Assembly: GCA_028534125.1 (NCBI GenBank)
Contig: CM052816.1
Coordinates: forward strand, 32,428,001 to 32,492,000
Reading direction: 5' to 3'
Origin: Lama glama
Lineage: Eukaryota
DNA: 64,000 nucleotides
Within the stretch, counting starts at the first letter, position 1. The number at the start of each line of letters is the position of its first letter. The position numbers were made by a program, and so were the translations under genes. The notes under the pieces are model-generated. The model worked only from the letters and a program-made list of their open reading frames with translations, did no database searches and had not been told where the DNA came from. Of this stretch, positions 39,287 to 53,039 are shown piece after piece.

Positions 39287-39914
39287 AAGAACTCAAACTC
39301 TGGATACAGACAGGCTTAGTTTGAATCTCAATTCAGACACTCCCTGGCTGTCTGACAGTAGGAAGGCAAGTGACCCATCTAGAAGATGGAAACAGCATTG
39401 ACATTGTGAGGATGAAATGAGTTGGTCTATGTGATGTACTTAAGTGACGGGCATACACAGCAAGTACTTATGTGTAACTATGTTGTGCTGCCATCATTGC
39501 CATCACTGCTGCCACCACCACCATCATCATTTAAGGAAAGGTTAAGAGCTCAAGTTCTGCATTCAGATCTGGCTTTGAGCCCAGCTTCCACAACTGAACC
39601 TTAACCATGTCATCTATAAAACGAGTAAGACATGGGATCCAGAAAGGATAAACCACCCAATACAGTCAATAAACAGTAAATCAGAGAAAGAGAATGTACA
39701 GTTTTGAAAATGCACACATCTACCAAACGTACTGTTTTTTTTTTGTATTCTGACCCACGCTATTAAAAAATATACAACAATTTATCACACTTATGAAGCA
39801 ACAGGAAATAATACTACCTGGACATTTGATAATATTAAGGAATTACTATTAAACTTTTGGCAAGATAATAGGATTATGGTTATGTTATATAAAAAGAGCT
39901 CTTATCTTCTTCAG

Positions 39915-40106
39915 CCATGCTCTCCAATACCATAACCACAAATCATGTGGGGCTATTTAACTGTAAATTAATCAAATTAAACACAAGTAAAATTTTATTT
40001 TCTTAGTCTCACCAGCCACATTCCAAGTACTCAATAGTTACACGTGGCTAGTGGTTACAGACACAATACATCTGCCATGGCAAAAAAATTTGTTGGACAG
40101 CACTGG
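39915..40106. mobile_element. MER3-like hAT MITE within old L1M 3' fragments
   Basis: tgctctccaatacc...caagtactcaatagttacacgtggctagtgg...ttggacagcactg. Confidence 0.65.
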
Positions 40107-40634
40107 GCCAGAAATACATACCTACTGAAACATTTGTGGATGAAATAATATGATGACTGGGATTTGCTTCAGAATAAAATAGGAAGGGGAGACATGGATA
40201 AAGGCATGGATGGGGTAAAACTGGCTTATGGTTGTTGCAGGGGGGAATGGGTCCGTGAGGCGGAGTTTATTGACATATTCTGTGATGGTTACCTTTATGA
40301 GTCAACAAGGCTACGCTACAGTCCCGTTATTCAAACATTAATCTAGGTGATGCTATGAAGGCATTTGTTGATACACAATTTCTTGATTTCATTGATAAGG
40401 ACAAGGGAGATCAATTCATTTGCCCAGAAATCTTAGATTACTAGAAACAGGAGGAACAAGACTATTAGTTACAACAATCCACAATTATTTTTGCTTTCTC
40501 TTCCCAAGATTTCCAGTGTTTTGGGATGCTGTATCATTCATTCACAAAGATTTAACTGCATGCTGTATGTTCATCAGACATCTGATTTTAAAGAAGTTGG
40601 ATAAGTTGTATTAACTAACAAAAGAAACTAAAAG

Positions 40635-41355
40635 ATGGTTCAGCCATTATGGAAAACAGTATGGAGATTCCTCAAAAAACTAGGAATAGACTTACCATAT
40701 GATCCAACAATTCCACTCCTGGGCATACACCCAGAGGGATCTCTAATTCAAAAAATCACCTGCACCCCAATGTTCGTAACAGTACTATTTACAATAGATA
40801 TGACAGGGAAGCAACCTCAATGTCCATTGACATGATTGGATAAAGAAGTTGTAGTATATTTATACAATGGAATACTAGTCAGCCATAAAAAAGAATAAAA
40901 CAATGCAATTTGCAGCAACATGGATGGACCTAGAGATTATTATGCTAAGTGAAGCAAGCCAGACAGAGAAAGAAAAATACCGTATGATATCATTTATACA
41001 TGGAATCTGAAAAAAAAAGACACAAATGAAATTATTTACAAAACAGAAACAGACTCACAGACATAGAAAACAAACTTATGGTTACCAGGGTGGGGAAAGG
41101 GGTGGAGAGGGATAAATTGGGAATTTGGGATTTGCAGATTTACAGATACTAACTACTATGTATAAAATAGATAAACAGCAAGTTTCTTCTGTATAGCACA
41201 GGGAACTATATTCAATATCTTGTAGTAACATAAGGAAAAGGAATATACGTATGTATATGTATGAGTGAAACATTATTCTGTACACCAGAAATTGATACAA
41301 CACTGTAAATGAACTATACTTCAACTAAAACAAAAAGAAAAAAAGAAGAAAATAA
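40635..41355 (+). mobile_element. L1 3' end (older subfamily than the 19.9, 25.1 and 38.3 kb copies)
   Basis: ORF2 C-terminus ([30 protein letters not shown]), a 3'UTR ending aactatacttcaa, and an A-rich tail. Confidence 0.9.
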
Positions 41356-42039
41356 TAGAGAAAGAAATTGTATGCTGCCTAAAGCTTAATAAATAGACAT
41401 TAGAAGAAGTCAGACTGTGACAATAGACACTTCTGGTCCTCATAAAAAATGTTAGACCCAGGGGTTCACAAACAGAAGCATGGCAGCCATATACCACACT
41501 GTAGAAATATACAAGCCCATCAACAGTTCATAATGTTATTTTATAGTCATAACCTAAAATAACCAAAAATAAATGTTAGCAAAACAAAACTTGCAAATCA
41601 TCATGTCCCTGTTTCATCAGACAACACAAGCTTTTGCCACAAAAACCATCTCTCAGACTTCTCAGAACACAATTTTGAAGGAGAACTACATCTACATGAA
41701 TTCTTAAATCCCCAGTGCTCTTCACAGCTTTTTAACATCAAAGCGGAGGACCTGAGAGCAAGTGCTCAATGTTGGCATTTTGACAGTTACAGTCTGAATA
41801 GCCAGCTGTATATCTAACCCTACCCCCAAACCAAAGTTGGGCACAAAACCAGTACATTAACAGTGCCAAGAGCCACAGCATGGATAGAACCACTGAGACC
41901 TACACATAGTTCTGTAAGGAAACACTATGCAAACAGCAAAGCAACTGAAAGCTGCAAGTAATCTGTATCATCTAGCCACAAAAGTGAGCTGGAATAAACA
42001 AAAGATGGTTAGATACACATACATATCCACATACCACCA

Positions 42040-42150
42040 TTTTCAAAGTGTGATCCAGTAAGAGGGTCCAAGAGGTCAAAACTGTGTTTGTAATAAGACA
42101 TTATTTGCCTCTTTTACTGTGTTGACATTTGCACTGATGGTGGAAAAGCA
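42040..42150. mobile_element. Charlie1-like hAT fragment
   Basis: gaggtcaaaactg...ttatttgcctcttttactgtgttgacatttgcactgatggtggaaaagcaat matches the recalled Charlie1 end. Confidence 0.65.
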
Positions 42151-44754
42151 ATCTTCAGTAAAAAGGTGAGAAAAATGCAGAAGGAATCAGCTACATTTTT
42201 TAAAAACTGAAAGAACACTGGCAATTCCCCAAGTGGTGTAGATAATTCATATCTGCTTATTAAAATGCAGAATTTAGGCAAGTACTAATATGTTAATTAC
42301 ATATTCTCCACTCCCCCAATTCTATCTCCTACAGGCATGACTTTCCAAGCATCTTGGAGCCATTAACTTGGTTCAGCTAAGAACATGTGGTTGCTCTGCT
42401 CATATCAAACATGCTTTTGGACCTTCATGCAGCTTTTAATGATCCATTTTGTAAGTGGCTTCTCTTCTTCCTCCTTTTCACTGTTTGACCTTTAAGCATC
42501 CACTTAAAACATAATTGAATACTTGTGGAATAGAGTGGTGACATCAAGACTAACTAGCAGACATTCAGAGCAAAGCTTAAGTCTAGGAAACTGAGCAGCC
42601 AAAGTTTCAAGTCTCCAAACAGAGTAGGGCACAGTCAGGGGGCAGCAGCCTCTGCTTTCCACCACCCCAGGAGAGAAAAAAAGAGAAATTTTGCCCCAGC
42701 GTCACCACCTTTCTAGGCTAGCCACCCAGCCACAGATGCCCAGCCTCAACCCCTCCAATAAACCCTCCAACTTACTTCTTGCTGCCAGAGCATCATCCTA
42801 GTGCCCCATCTTCACACTTTTCCTCTGACAAAAGCCCTAAAAGGCTCCCCACTATGTTCCGCACCTGCACTAGTAGGCTAGCACTCTATTTGTGGCTTAA
42901 ATTAATCTTTTACGTGTATCTCCCAGTACAGCCTCACATCAGTCAAGCTGAGATACCCCACAGAAGCCAGCATGTGCCGCACTTTCTACCACCATGACTC
43001 ACGTCACTCCATCTACCTAAATGGCTTCATCCCTACTCTTTGCCCATTGAAATGCTTACTTCAAGGTTCTCCTTACCTTCTTCATGAAACCTTCTGTAAA
43101 ATACCCTACCTTTGTTCATTTATCACATTTTGCCTGTATTAAAATTTAATGGTACACATGTATTCTTTTTCCAAACAGCTTATAATCACCCCAAAAGCCA
43201 TGGCCTTCACGTTTCATTTATTTCTCTTTATATCTCTAAGAACACAGTTAGTGCTCATAAACTGCTGAATAATCATTTTCAATTATCATTAATAACATGC
43301 CCAAAGCCTGTTTTGTGGAAGGCCATTTTGTTAGAAAATGGCATTTAAAAACACAGTAGTTCTAAACATTCCTTGGCTACAGACACAACCTAAAACATCT
43401 GGGAAGCCCCATGAGTCACCCTGCAGGGGCAGTGGGAAGAGGCAGGTGTGGGGTGGGGGACTGAGTTCAAGGCAGACTGCAAAACGAGACGGTATGTGAC
43501 AGTGATGTGACAGTCATATTAATGAAGCAGTCGGCTGTTATGTGCAGAGAGACAGTGAACCTCTACAGTGAGCTCCCAAACATCTATTAGAGATTCCTTC
43601 TGTCCATTCTGAAGCACACATGTGCAAATCATGAATGTGTTTCAAGGTATCTCCAAACAAGCTATTTATTCGCTGGACAGAATCGTGCTACAGACTCACC
43701 CTCATTCAGTACTGTTACTAAGCACACACGTAGTTCACATCAAATGCCAGGCTTGATGCTGAGGATTTTTAAATGAAAGTATGACTAAGACCACATCCAA
43801 ATCCTCATAAATAGCCACAGTTTGGTTAACGAGGGTTGTGGGGAGACAGGAGGAGCAGGCACAGGGTTCTGGAGAGCAAAGAGGGAAGCTGGGGAGAGCA
43901 GTCATAGACCCCCAAAAAGAAAAGTTTCAGGAAAGGAGGAGTGACAACAACTTTGAATGACACTGCAGAGCACACATCTGACACTTGGAGATCATGAATG
44001 ACAGAGAGAACATTCCAGGAGATTGGCAGATGTAGAAGCCAGACTGCAGAGGGTTAAAGGATGCTGAAATGTGTCAAAACAGGAAAAGAATGGAATAAGG
44101 ACTTCATTTTATGGGGATGCACAGTCAAGAAAACACCTTTTTTTTTTTTTTCTTGGATTAGAGAGACTTGGCAAAGTCCTGGTACTGATAGAAAGATGGG
44201 GCTTGGGCGACAAGCTGGAGAGGTGAGCCTTAGGAAGGAGTGGTGCCTCTCCCCTGAGATGCGGGAAGGAATGAAGAGTGGGCACCACTACTGAGGAGTG
44301 TGAAGGTGGAGGGGGCAGAGCACAGAGAGTTGATGCAGCACTGCCTCCTCTGCCAAGGCTGGCAGGGGTGGGAAGATATGTAAATAGCTCCCTATCCTAC
44401 ATTAAAGCTGGCTGCTGCGGGCGTGGCAGGAAAGGAAGACATGGAGGAAATGTCCTCGACATTACTGATCATGGGATCCAAAATTGAATGGGAAAAAAGC
44501 AAGCAAGCTTGGAAGAAGGTGACAGGGAGAGGATGGGGAGGCTGAGAGGTTGACTAAATAAATAAGCCAGAGAGAAGACAGAATAGGTTCCGGTCAGAGA
44601 AGGATTTATGAGCTAAAGATTTTGCAAAGCAGACAAGTTCCAGGTGATGACCAGGCCAGGGTTTAGCCATGTCAGTGGGCGCTATAATGAACAGTGAAGG
44701 TCATGGGGTCAAGGAAGCAGACAGCGTAAGAGGAGGGAGGTGTTATAGTGCAGA

Positions 44755-45360
44755 GCAGCGCTGTCCAACAGAACTGCTGCCATGACAGAAATATTCTATA
44801 TCTCACTGGTCCAATACAGCAGTCAGTGGCCACACGTGGCAACGGAGCACTTGAAATGTGCCATGTAGACCAAGGGACTGAGTTTTTATTTTATTTTACC
44901 TTAATTTATTTAAATGTAAATAAACACAAGTGGCTAGATGCTACCACACTAAGCAGCACAGACATAGAGCAACAGTCTCATCCTTAACTGCACAAGGGAA
45001 TCACCTGGGGAGACTTACGTAGTACAGCCACCTGAGTCCCACTCCCCAGAGGCCTTTATTTAATCAGCTGCGCATGTGTCTTTGGCATCAGCCCTTTTTA
45101 AAGGTCTCAAAGACAGCCACATTTGAGAACCACTGGTGTAGTGGGTAGGAACATGGACTCTGGATCCAGATGATCTGAGTTCAAAACTCACATCTGCTGG
45201 TCGAGTTCTGTGACTTTGAGCCAGTAACCCCAGCAGTGAAACGGAAATAATGATAGTACCTACCTCAGAGGGCTATTCTGAGGATAGACTTTTATATGAA
45301 AGTTCTTTAAATATAGTGCCTGGCACATGAAAAGAACTCATTAAATGTTAGTCATTATCA
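44755..45360. mobile_element. Cluster: MER3-like (about 44755-44960), MER5-like (about 44970-45135), MIR (about 45135-45360)
   Basis: cagcgctgtccaacagaac...; gaatcacctgggg...tttgagaaccactgg; ctctggatccaga...aataatgatagtacctacctcagaggg. Confidence 0.7.
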
Positions 45361-47029
45361 TTCCAAATGGGTGCTGGACTTACCCAGGCTGACAGCTACT
45401 GGGTGTGAGCGGCCAAAGGCCTATGAATTGAGGAGGGACCCAGATGTCAGGAATAAATTAAGTTGAAGGTAAGTAGAAAGTAGGAGACAAGAAATGAAGG
45501 GAAGAGAAATAGCCTGGGAGGGGCAGTGACAAGGCGGAAAACAGAGCCCACTCCATGGCAAACTTACTACAAATGGGTGAGAAAAAACAGGGAAGAGGTA
45601 TATTGGGAGAAAGCCAAATTTTAGCCAGGGTAAGGAAGGACATGGAAGAAATATTTAATCAGTCTGACAAAATCCCACCCATTCCTCTAAAAAAACTGAA
45701 CGTAAGCTAACTGTCAAGTAGTGTTTCTTGTATCTTGTTTGTTTTTCCCTGCCATGTAGTTCACTATTTACAAAAAACATCCAGGAAAGGCTTCTGATAG
45801 ATGAAAACTGAATTTTCTAATTAGGACTCCAAAGAAGTAGCCACCTCTGCACCTCTGAATAATAAATACTTCATGATTCATAGGTGATCTAGCTCAAACC
45901 TGGCTTCATTGATGTTGACGTCTTTGCAAATCATATGCAAAGACTCTGCTAGAAAACCTGTCTTTTTTGCGTTTTTAACTACGGCTTTTATAAGTCTCAG
46001 GGAACACTAATATGATTAATAATCATAATGTATAACCATCACATAAGAAAAACTATTATGTGTGACTAAAGAAAGAAGTATTTTTTTTAATTTGATTTAA
46101 GAACAGGTACCAAACAAATGAAAGAATTGGGGGAAAAAACCTATTTAGGAGCCAGAGAGACATGGGAGGAAGGGAAATTTGACTACCAACTAATGCCTTA
46201 GGTTACAGGGGTTTTATTTCTATTTCTCTAGAATTTCACATAAAGACACTAATTTAATGAACACAGATTTATACTCAAATTTCATTGTCACTACTAGATA
46301 ATATATTTCATTAACTTGCAAAAGAAAGTAAGCTAAAAAGTATGACATTTATTTGCAACTAGTAAGATAAGTTACTACAAGCTGAAAGCTATTTCAAAGG
46401 CAGTTTCTATGCAGCTAAATTGGCTGAATTCAAATAATGCAGTGCAGGGAGCTCCAGTGTTTCAGATGAATCCACTATGTTTAGATTTTTACCTAAATAA
46501 AAAAAAAAGTCTGAAATTTCTTTACAGATTAGTTATTTCTCATGAGAAGAAGGAACACGTGACAACCTCTTTTCTATAAGCATGTTTCACACTTCAGAAT
46601 GATATTTCACTTGCTTGTGGAGTGCTAAAAGTGTTTATGTATGGCACAAGGTGAAATCCACAGCTGAAACTCAGTTTCCAACACGATGAAGGTCACTTCT
46701 GGTTCCTCACTAGGAACCGGTTTGAGAGTATTAAGAATGTGTGAAAACAAACACACTCTTCCTAACCTTCTCCTAACACAACTACAAGCTCTGCAGGAAC
46801 TACCTTTTGCAAAAGACCACCACCTATGGAGAATTCCACTTCTTCACCTGCTTGCTCTTACCTACCTCCTAGGAATGTTCTTCTTAGAGGCATACTAAGA
46901 AATCTTAGAGCTGGAAACAAAAGCATAACCAATTCTGTTTGCTTTGATTCCCTCAGACAGCAATCCATACGTTACCTAACTTTACAAAAGGTAGAGCTCC
47001 ACTAAATTCTAGGTACCTAAAATACCTAA

Positions 47030-47960
47030 CAGTCAAAGTCAAGTTTATTGCAGTCAAATCAACTGTATTTTGGCCTCCTCCATCTCACAGTGGGTCTAAT
47101 AAATCCATGGGCCCCACTCAACGGTTATTTTGCAGTTTCTAAATGTATTATTGAGTAAACATACTTGACCACTGATAGAATTCCCGTAAGAGCTCCCTGA
47201 CCATGGGGTATGGGCTATTACGGTAAGAATGACCAAGTAAAGCCCCTGAACTTCCCTTCCCTACTAGGATAGTAAGCCAAAGGAAATATTACATCCATGG
47301 AAAACTGTGGAGATTAGTACCACCACCAAAAAACTGAAATACTCAAGGATCACATTTGTGTTTAACTTACATCCTTGATGTGTGCAGAGAGAGCAGACAG
47401 ATCTCGGAGAGCAGCGAGAGGTGATCATAAACTCATTAGGCAGTGGCTCCAATGTGGTTAGATTTACCAAAAGAAGTATCTTTCCTGGAGCAAATCTAGC
47501 TCCTGACACCTGATAGGAAGCATCTGGAAAATGCTTTACCAATAAGCAGGCAACACAAGAGCCATTTGCTTTTATTTCAAGTCGGAGTCAAGAAGACACT
47601 TTCAACATTCTGTCCTCAGGGTTCTAACAACTCTCCTCTCTGCCATACTTAGTTTACAGAGATCCCACTTGTCTTCATATCCTATAGACCATTACACTGG
47701 GCCACTGCACTGATTACACCATGCAGACTAAACCTGACGAAGACATAATAAATTCCTTGATGTTTTAGTAAAATGCATCCAAGTTTGATGGTGAAAAAAA
47801 ATACCATGAAAATTCAAGGATTGTAATCTCAGTAAAGTTTCTGGGGATACAAAGATCTGGAATTTGTTGGAATATTCCCTCCAAAGTGAAGTGCAAGTTG
47901 CTGAACCCTGAACTGCTTCTATTGAAAGAGAGGCACAACACTTGATGGGTCTCTTTGCTT
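47030..47960 (+). mobile_element. Decayed ERVL (class III) protease/reverse-transcriptase remnant
   Basis: Frameshifted ERVL pol motifs occur in colinear order: ctcacagtgggt (LTVG), aagcccctgaacttccc (KPLELP), gaaaatgcttta (ANAF-like), cctcagggt...aactctcct (PQG..NSP), cattacactgggccactgcactgattacaccatg (ITLVHYIDDIM-like), aaaattcaagga (KIQG), gtaaagtttctgggg (VKFLG), attccctccaaagtgaag (IPSKVK). Confidence 0.8.
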
Positions 47961-47962
47961 CC

Positions 47963-48890
47963 TTTTTTTTTTTAATTGACGTATAGTCAGTTATAATCTG
48001 TCAATTTCTGGTGTACAGCACCATGTCCCAGTCATGTGTATGTGTATATATATATATTCTTTTCCATATTCTTTTTCATTAGAAGATGTTGCAAGGTTAT
48101 TACAAGATACTGAATATAGTTCCCTGTTACAGAAGAAATTTTTTATCTATTTTTATATATAGTGGTTAATCTTTGCAAATCTCAAACTCCCAAATTTATC
48201 CCTTCCCACCTCCTTTCCCTCAGTAACCATAAAATGGTTTACTATGTCTGTAAATCTGTTTCTGTTTTGTAGATGAGTTTATTAGTGTCCTCTTTCTCTC
48301 TCTTTCTCCCTCTCTCTCTCCATCTTACGATTCCACATATAAGTGATATCATATGGTATTTGTCTTTCTCTTTCTGGCTTACCTCACTTACAATGACAAC
48401 TTTCAAGTCCATCCATGTTGCTGCAAATGGCATTATTTTATTATTTTTTAGGGCTGAGTAATATTCCATTGTATAAATGTACCAGATCTTCTTTACCCAG
48501 TCATCCGTTGGTGGACATTTAGGTTGCTTCCATGTCTTGGCTACTATATATAGTACTGCTATGAACACTGGGGTACATGTATCTATTTGAATTAGAGTTC
48601 CTTCCGGATATATGCCCAGGACTGGGATTGTTGGATCATACGGTAAGTCAATTTTTAGTTTTTTGAGGAATCCTCATACTGTTTTCCACGACGGCTGCAC
48701 CAAACTACATTCCCATCAGCAGTGCAGAAGGGCCCACGTTTCTCCACATCCCTTCTAGCATTTATCATTTGTGAACTTTTGAATTATGGCCATGCTGACT
48801 GATGCGAGGTGATACTTCATTGTAGTTTTGATTTGCATTTCTCTGATAATTAGTAACACTGAGCAATCTTTCACGTGCCTTTTGGCCATA
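47963..48890 (-). mobile_element. 5'-truncated L1, 3' end
   Basis: T-tract, 3'UTR, and ORF2 C-terminus (AKTWKQPKCPPTDDWVKKIWYIYTMEYYSA). Confidence 0.92.
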
Positions 48891-48922
48891 TGGGAGGAAA
48901 AAAATTATTCATTAGAAGAGAA

Positions 48923-49470
48923 TTTTTTTTTATTTTTTGGCCAATTACTTCTTTAATAGATCAGTTTTTTGACATAATCACTCACACCAATTTTAAATAC
49001 TATCACATAAAGCATGGTGGAGAAAAGAAATTTTGCTTCATAATAAGAAGGCTCACAATAAAACTTGCCAAGAAAAACAAAAACAAAATAAGCCATTTTG
49101 AAAATATAGTCCATGCCAGAGTAGTATAAAATGAAGCCAGAAGTCTTCAAAATGAAAACATTTTTCTTCCCAATATTTTTTCACTTGTTTATGGTTTCTG
49201 GAATTGGCGAGACTCTCAAATTCAAGGGTTGCTGAGCTGTTCAACTTGGCTCCTTTGGTATCTTCTTCCTTGACATCTGCTTTTTCTGTCCTCAGTTTCT
49301 GTCTTGTCTTCTTTGATTCTTGCTTTCTTTGCTCCTTTCTTATGATCAGCCACATTTCTACCACCTCCTTCTCCTTCGTCCTCAGAATCTGATCATTCTT
49401 CATCACAAGCTGTCCATTTGTCTGATGCTTGAATAGGACCACTCTTGTCTGATCTTCTCCATCATCAACC
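48923..49470 (-). pseudogene. HDAC2: 5'-truncated processed pseudogene of histone deacetylase 2 (C-terminal CDS, 3'UTR and poly(A))
   Basis: The minus strand gives DGED..DK..IQASDKWTACDEE*SDSEDEGEGGGRNVADHKKGAKKARIKEDKTETED..ADVKEED/TKG..EQLSNP-TGA (stop at 49222-49224), matching the recalled HDAC2 C-terminus. It continues into an HDAC2-like 3'UTR, ATTAAA (48952-48957) and an A-tract (48923-48938). No introns; frameshifts and a premature stop are present. Confidence 0.92.
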
Positions 49471-49476
49471 TCACAG

Positions 49477-50160
49477 TTTAAAAGACTAATAATACCAAGT
49501 TCTGGCAAGCACATGGAACAACTGGAATTCTCATGTATTGCTATTAAGAATATACACTGGTATATCCATTTTGGAAAACTGTCTGCTAGTATCTTCCACA
49601 GCTACACATATACCTACTTCATGATGCAGTAACTCTACTTCTTAGTTATACACAGAAGAGTGTGCATATCTGTCAAAAGATATGTATAAGAATGTTCAGA
49701 ATAGCTTTCTGTACAACAGCTAAATACTATCCATTAACAGAATGGGTAAAGTGTATTATACTCATATAATGGAATACCATACAGCAATTGACAAGAAAAG
49801 AAAAAAAAGAACTGCTACAGGCAAAATCAAGAAAGAATCACAAAGCATAATGAATGCTAAGTGAAAGAAGCCACACACAAGAGTACATATTTTATTATTC
49901 CACTTATACAATTTCAAAAACAGGCCAAACTAATGTACTTTGCTAAAAGTCAAAAGAGTGGTTTACCTCTGGGTGGGTGACTGGAAGAGGGAGAGAGGCG
50001 CTGTTTGAAAAGGGCACAATGGAGCCTCCTTGGGTACTGAAAATATTCTGCATCTTGAGCTGGACAGTGTTTATGCAATTGTATTTATATGTAAAAATTC
50101 ATACAGCTGTATACTTAAGATTTGTATACTTTATGTTATACATCTATAAAACTGTTTTTA
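49477..50160 (+). mobile_element. Old L1M 3' end (ORF2 tail and 3'UTR)
   Basis: aataccaagttctggcaag...ggaacaactggaattctc...ttggaaaactg...gctaagtgaaagaagcc...tacttaagatttgtatacttt. Confidence 0.75.
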
Positions 50161-50872
50161 AAAGATTTGTATATATGTATGTATTTTTAGAATAGAATAC
50201 AGAGGGTTTTTTTTTCTGGGTTCTCTAATGGGTCCAACAAAGGTAACGAAAACCAGAGATAAGTAATTCAAATTTTCAGCTGAGTGCTTGCTTAGAGAAA
50301 CTTCCATCTTTCTACATAGCCAGAGGCAGCCAATTATCTGCTAGAGCTGATTTCAAAAGCTTTGACTTCCCTATGTTCTCTAATCTTAATATGGTTAGAA
50401 TAACAATTACTGAGTTTCAAATTTAAAACAACTTACTTCCTGCTTCAGTTACAAGAACAAGTAGGAAAAATGTCCTTGAAAGCCTTGATGAGTTTAATAT
50501 AAATAATAAATTATATACAACTTTTTAAAAATTAGCCTTATTATGCTACAGCATCTTCCCTTTCCATCTCAACATACCATGTTTGAACTTTCAAAGCATA
50601 TACTTGAACTCTTTAATTACTTGAAATTATGTTTTAGTTAAAAAAAAAACCAAAACAAAACTCTTATCCAGACTAGAGGTCCAATAGAAATCTAATACAT
50701 TTGTAAAAGTGTAATAAGCAGATGGATGTAGGGGGGTAGTCCCTGGAGAAAAAGTACCAGGCATGGCTTTCTTGACATTAGAGAAGCCATTTTGGCATCT
50801 AAGCCTGGCCACAATGCTTCTCTTTGAACAGGTCTCAGTAATAAAGATCGCAAGAGAACAAAAGGACAAACT

Positions 50873-51275
50873 TATTAGGCAAGAGAAGTAACAACAGCAA
50901 AGATAACAAATAAACTGTAAAGACTCCCAGTTCTAACTCAATGATAAACACTAGCCTAAAGCACTGTTGTGAGGTATTTGGAAGAATTTAAATCCCACCT
51001 CGGGCACTCAACCACCAGAACAACTGGAATCTAAGGGAAGATGACCTTTACTGACCCTCAAGGCTTCAGTCAACTCAAGCCCGCCCAAGCCCCTTCATGA
51101 ATATGCATGTACCCTTAGCTTAAAACTTCCCCGATTTTGTTACTGGGGAGGCACTGCTTTGGGAAAGACCCCTGGTGTTCCCCTTAATTGCTGCAAGTAA
51201 TAAATCCTTCTCCAGATCTTTGGCTTGGTTGCGTCTTTTCACCCACCAAGAGGTAAACTCAGTTTGGGGGTAACA
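50873..51275 (+). mobile_element. ERV solo LTR (ERV1-like)
   Basis: Begins t(a)ttagg, has aataaa followed by a U5-like GT-rich segment, and ends ggggtaaca. Confidence 0.65.
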
Positions 51276-53039
51276 AAAATAATCAGAGAAAATAAACAAA
51301 TCCCGAATCTAAAAATGTTTTCCTATGTTGACTTTTTTTTTCTTCTGTCTCGATAACCCAAGCCATCAAGGTAAACTTCTAAATTCTTGGGCTTGTTTGC
51401 TAAATTAAACTAAAATAGGCTACTCCGCCATCAGATTAAGGATCCCATTTTAAATTTACAAAACAAGCAGACCTTTAATTTTAAAAGTCAAGCAAAACAT
51501 TGACCTCAGTTTACCATTAATATCAATTCCATTGAGGTTAACGCTTACATTGCTCAAAATTAAACCCTGGGGAACAACAGATAAGTCATCAGCACTCAAC
51601 TTAAGTTCTCTAAGGTAATTATTAACAATGGTCTTTACCCTTCTCTTCAACACATTACTGTTCTTAAGATAACTCATCATTTTTGTAACAATAATACAGC
51701 ATTCACGATACCAAGTCTGAGGGCTCATTCCAAATCTAATCAAATACGTAAGAATTTTCTGAAGTAGCAAATGGCTTTATCTATATTTTTATTAGATTAT
51801 TCTTATACTCTAAAATTTTAAATATTAATTTTACAGGTTAAAATTCAACTATTACACAACACAGTTGTGTATGCACATTCAGCAGTTTCTACTAAAAGTC
51901 CATGTTAGTGTTTCCTACTTCAATCAAATATTCACTTTCACCACTGAAACCATTTATGCTGTATTTGCATATAACCTATTAGAGTAAAACTTTTGAAAAA
52001 TATTCAATAATGAAGCTTACTTTTCAAAAAACAATAAAAGCAGCATGGACTCTATGAAAGGTAATATTGAACCTGTGCCAACATTTTTATGCATGAACTT
52101 ATTATATGTAGAACATTTATCAGTGTTCACATCACAGTTACAACATTTAAATTTCAGTTTAATCCTACTGATCTGGAATCATTGCTAATACAATTTAATT
52201 TTTCACCAGTAATACTGGCATTTACAGACACCCTAATATGAGTACATTTCACCGGAAATAAGACAAATAGAATGAGAAATTCAAAGATTTTTCTCTTCTC
52301 ATAAATATGGTACTCAAAAAAGAATCATACTACAGCATGTAGTTTTTCCCCTTAGCAACTTTGTGTGTCTGACAAAATTTGTGATTTTTTATGAAGGCCT
52401 TCTCTCTAAATCCCAACTCTGAGGAAATACCTAAAAACTCTTTCAGACTTTAAGTACTTTTTTATACTAATTACTATACTAAATAAATCTATAACACAAA
52501 TATTTCCCAATTCATAATTTTAACCTGTAAGGTTAAGCATAGTCCTAAATCTAGCCTCATTTCTTAAACTGAAGATAAACTGCAAGCTCATACTTTCATT
52601 AGGCTTAAATGTAATTTTTAAAATATACTCTTTTATTCAAAGAACTTTTAGCACTTAATGCTAGCATATGGTAGTATGTGCTGGGAAAAAATAAATCTGA
52701 GATATAGAACTAAGATAAATATACAGAAAAACAAATGATACCTATTTCTCAACTGCAACCTTGTCTGTCTTTATTACTGTATTTCCAAAGCTTAGTTCAG
52801 TTCCTGGCAAAAAAAAAAACAGGTACTAAATAAATGATGAATTATGAATGACTATTCCAGACAAAAATAAGGGATCTTAATAGGCCTCAACTGTGCAGAA
52901 GATTCATAAATTCTATACTTCACTTTAGGTCCAGATATTATCTTCCTCAAACACTGTGCACAGAAAAAGATTATTTAAATATCTTGAAGTATTTCTGATT
53001 TAGTATCAACTTATTTAGATATTAAAGACTGATTTTTAA

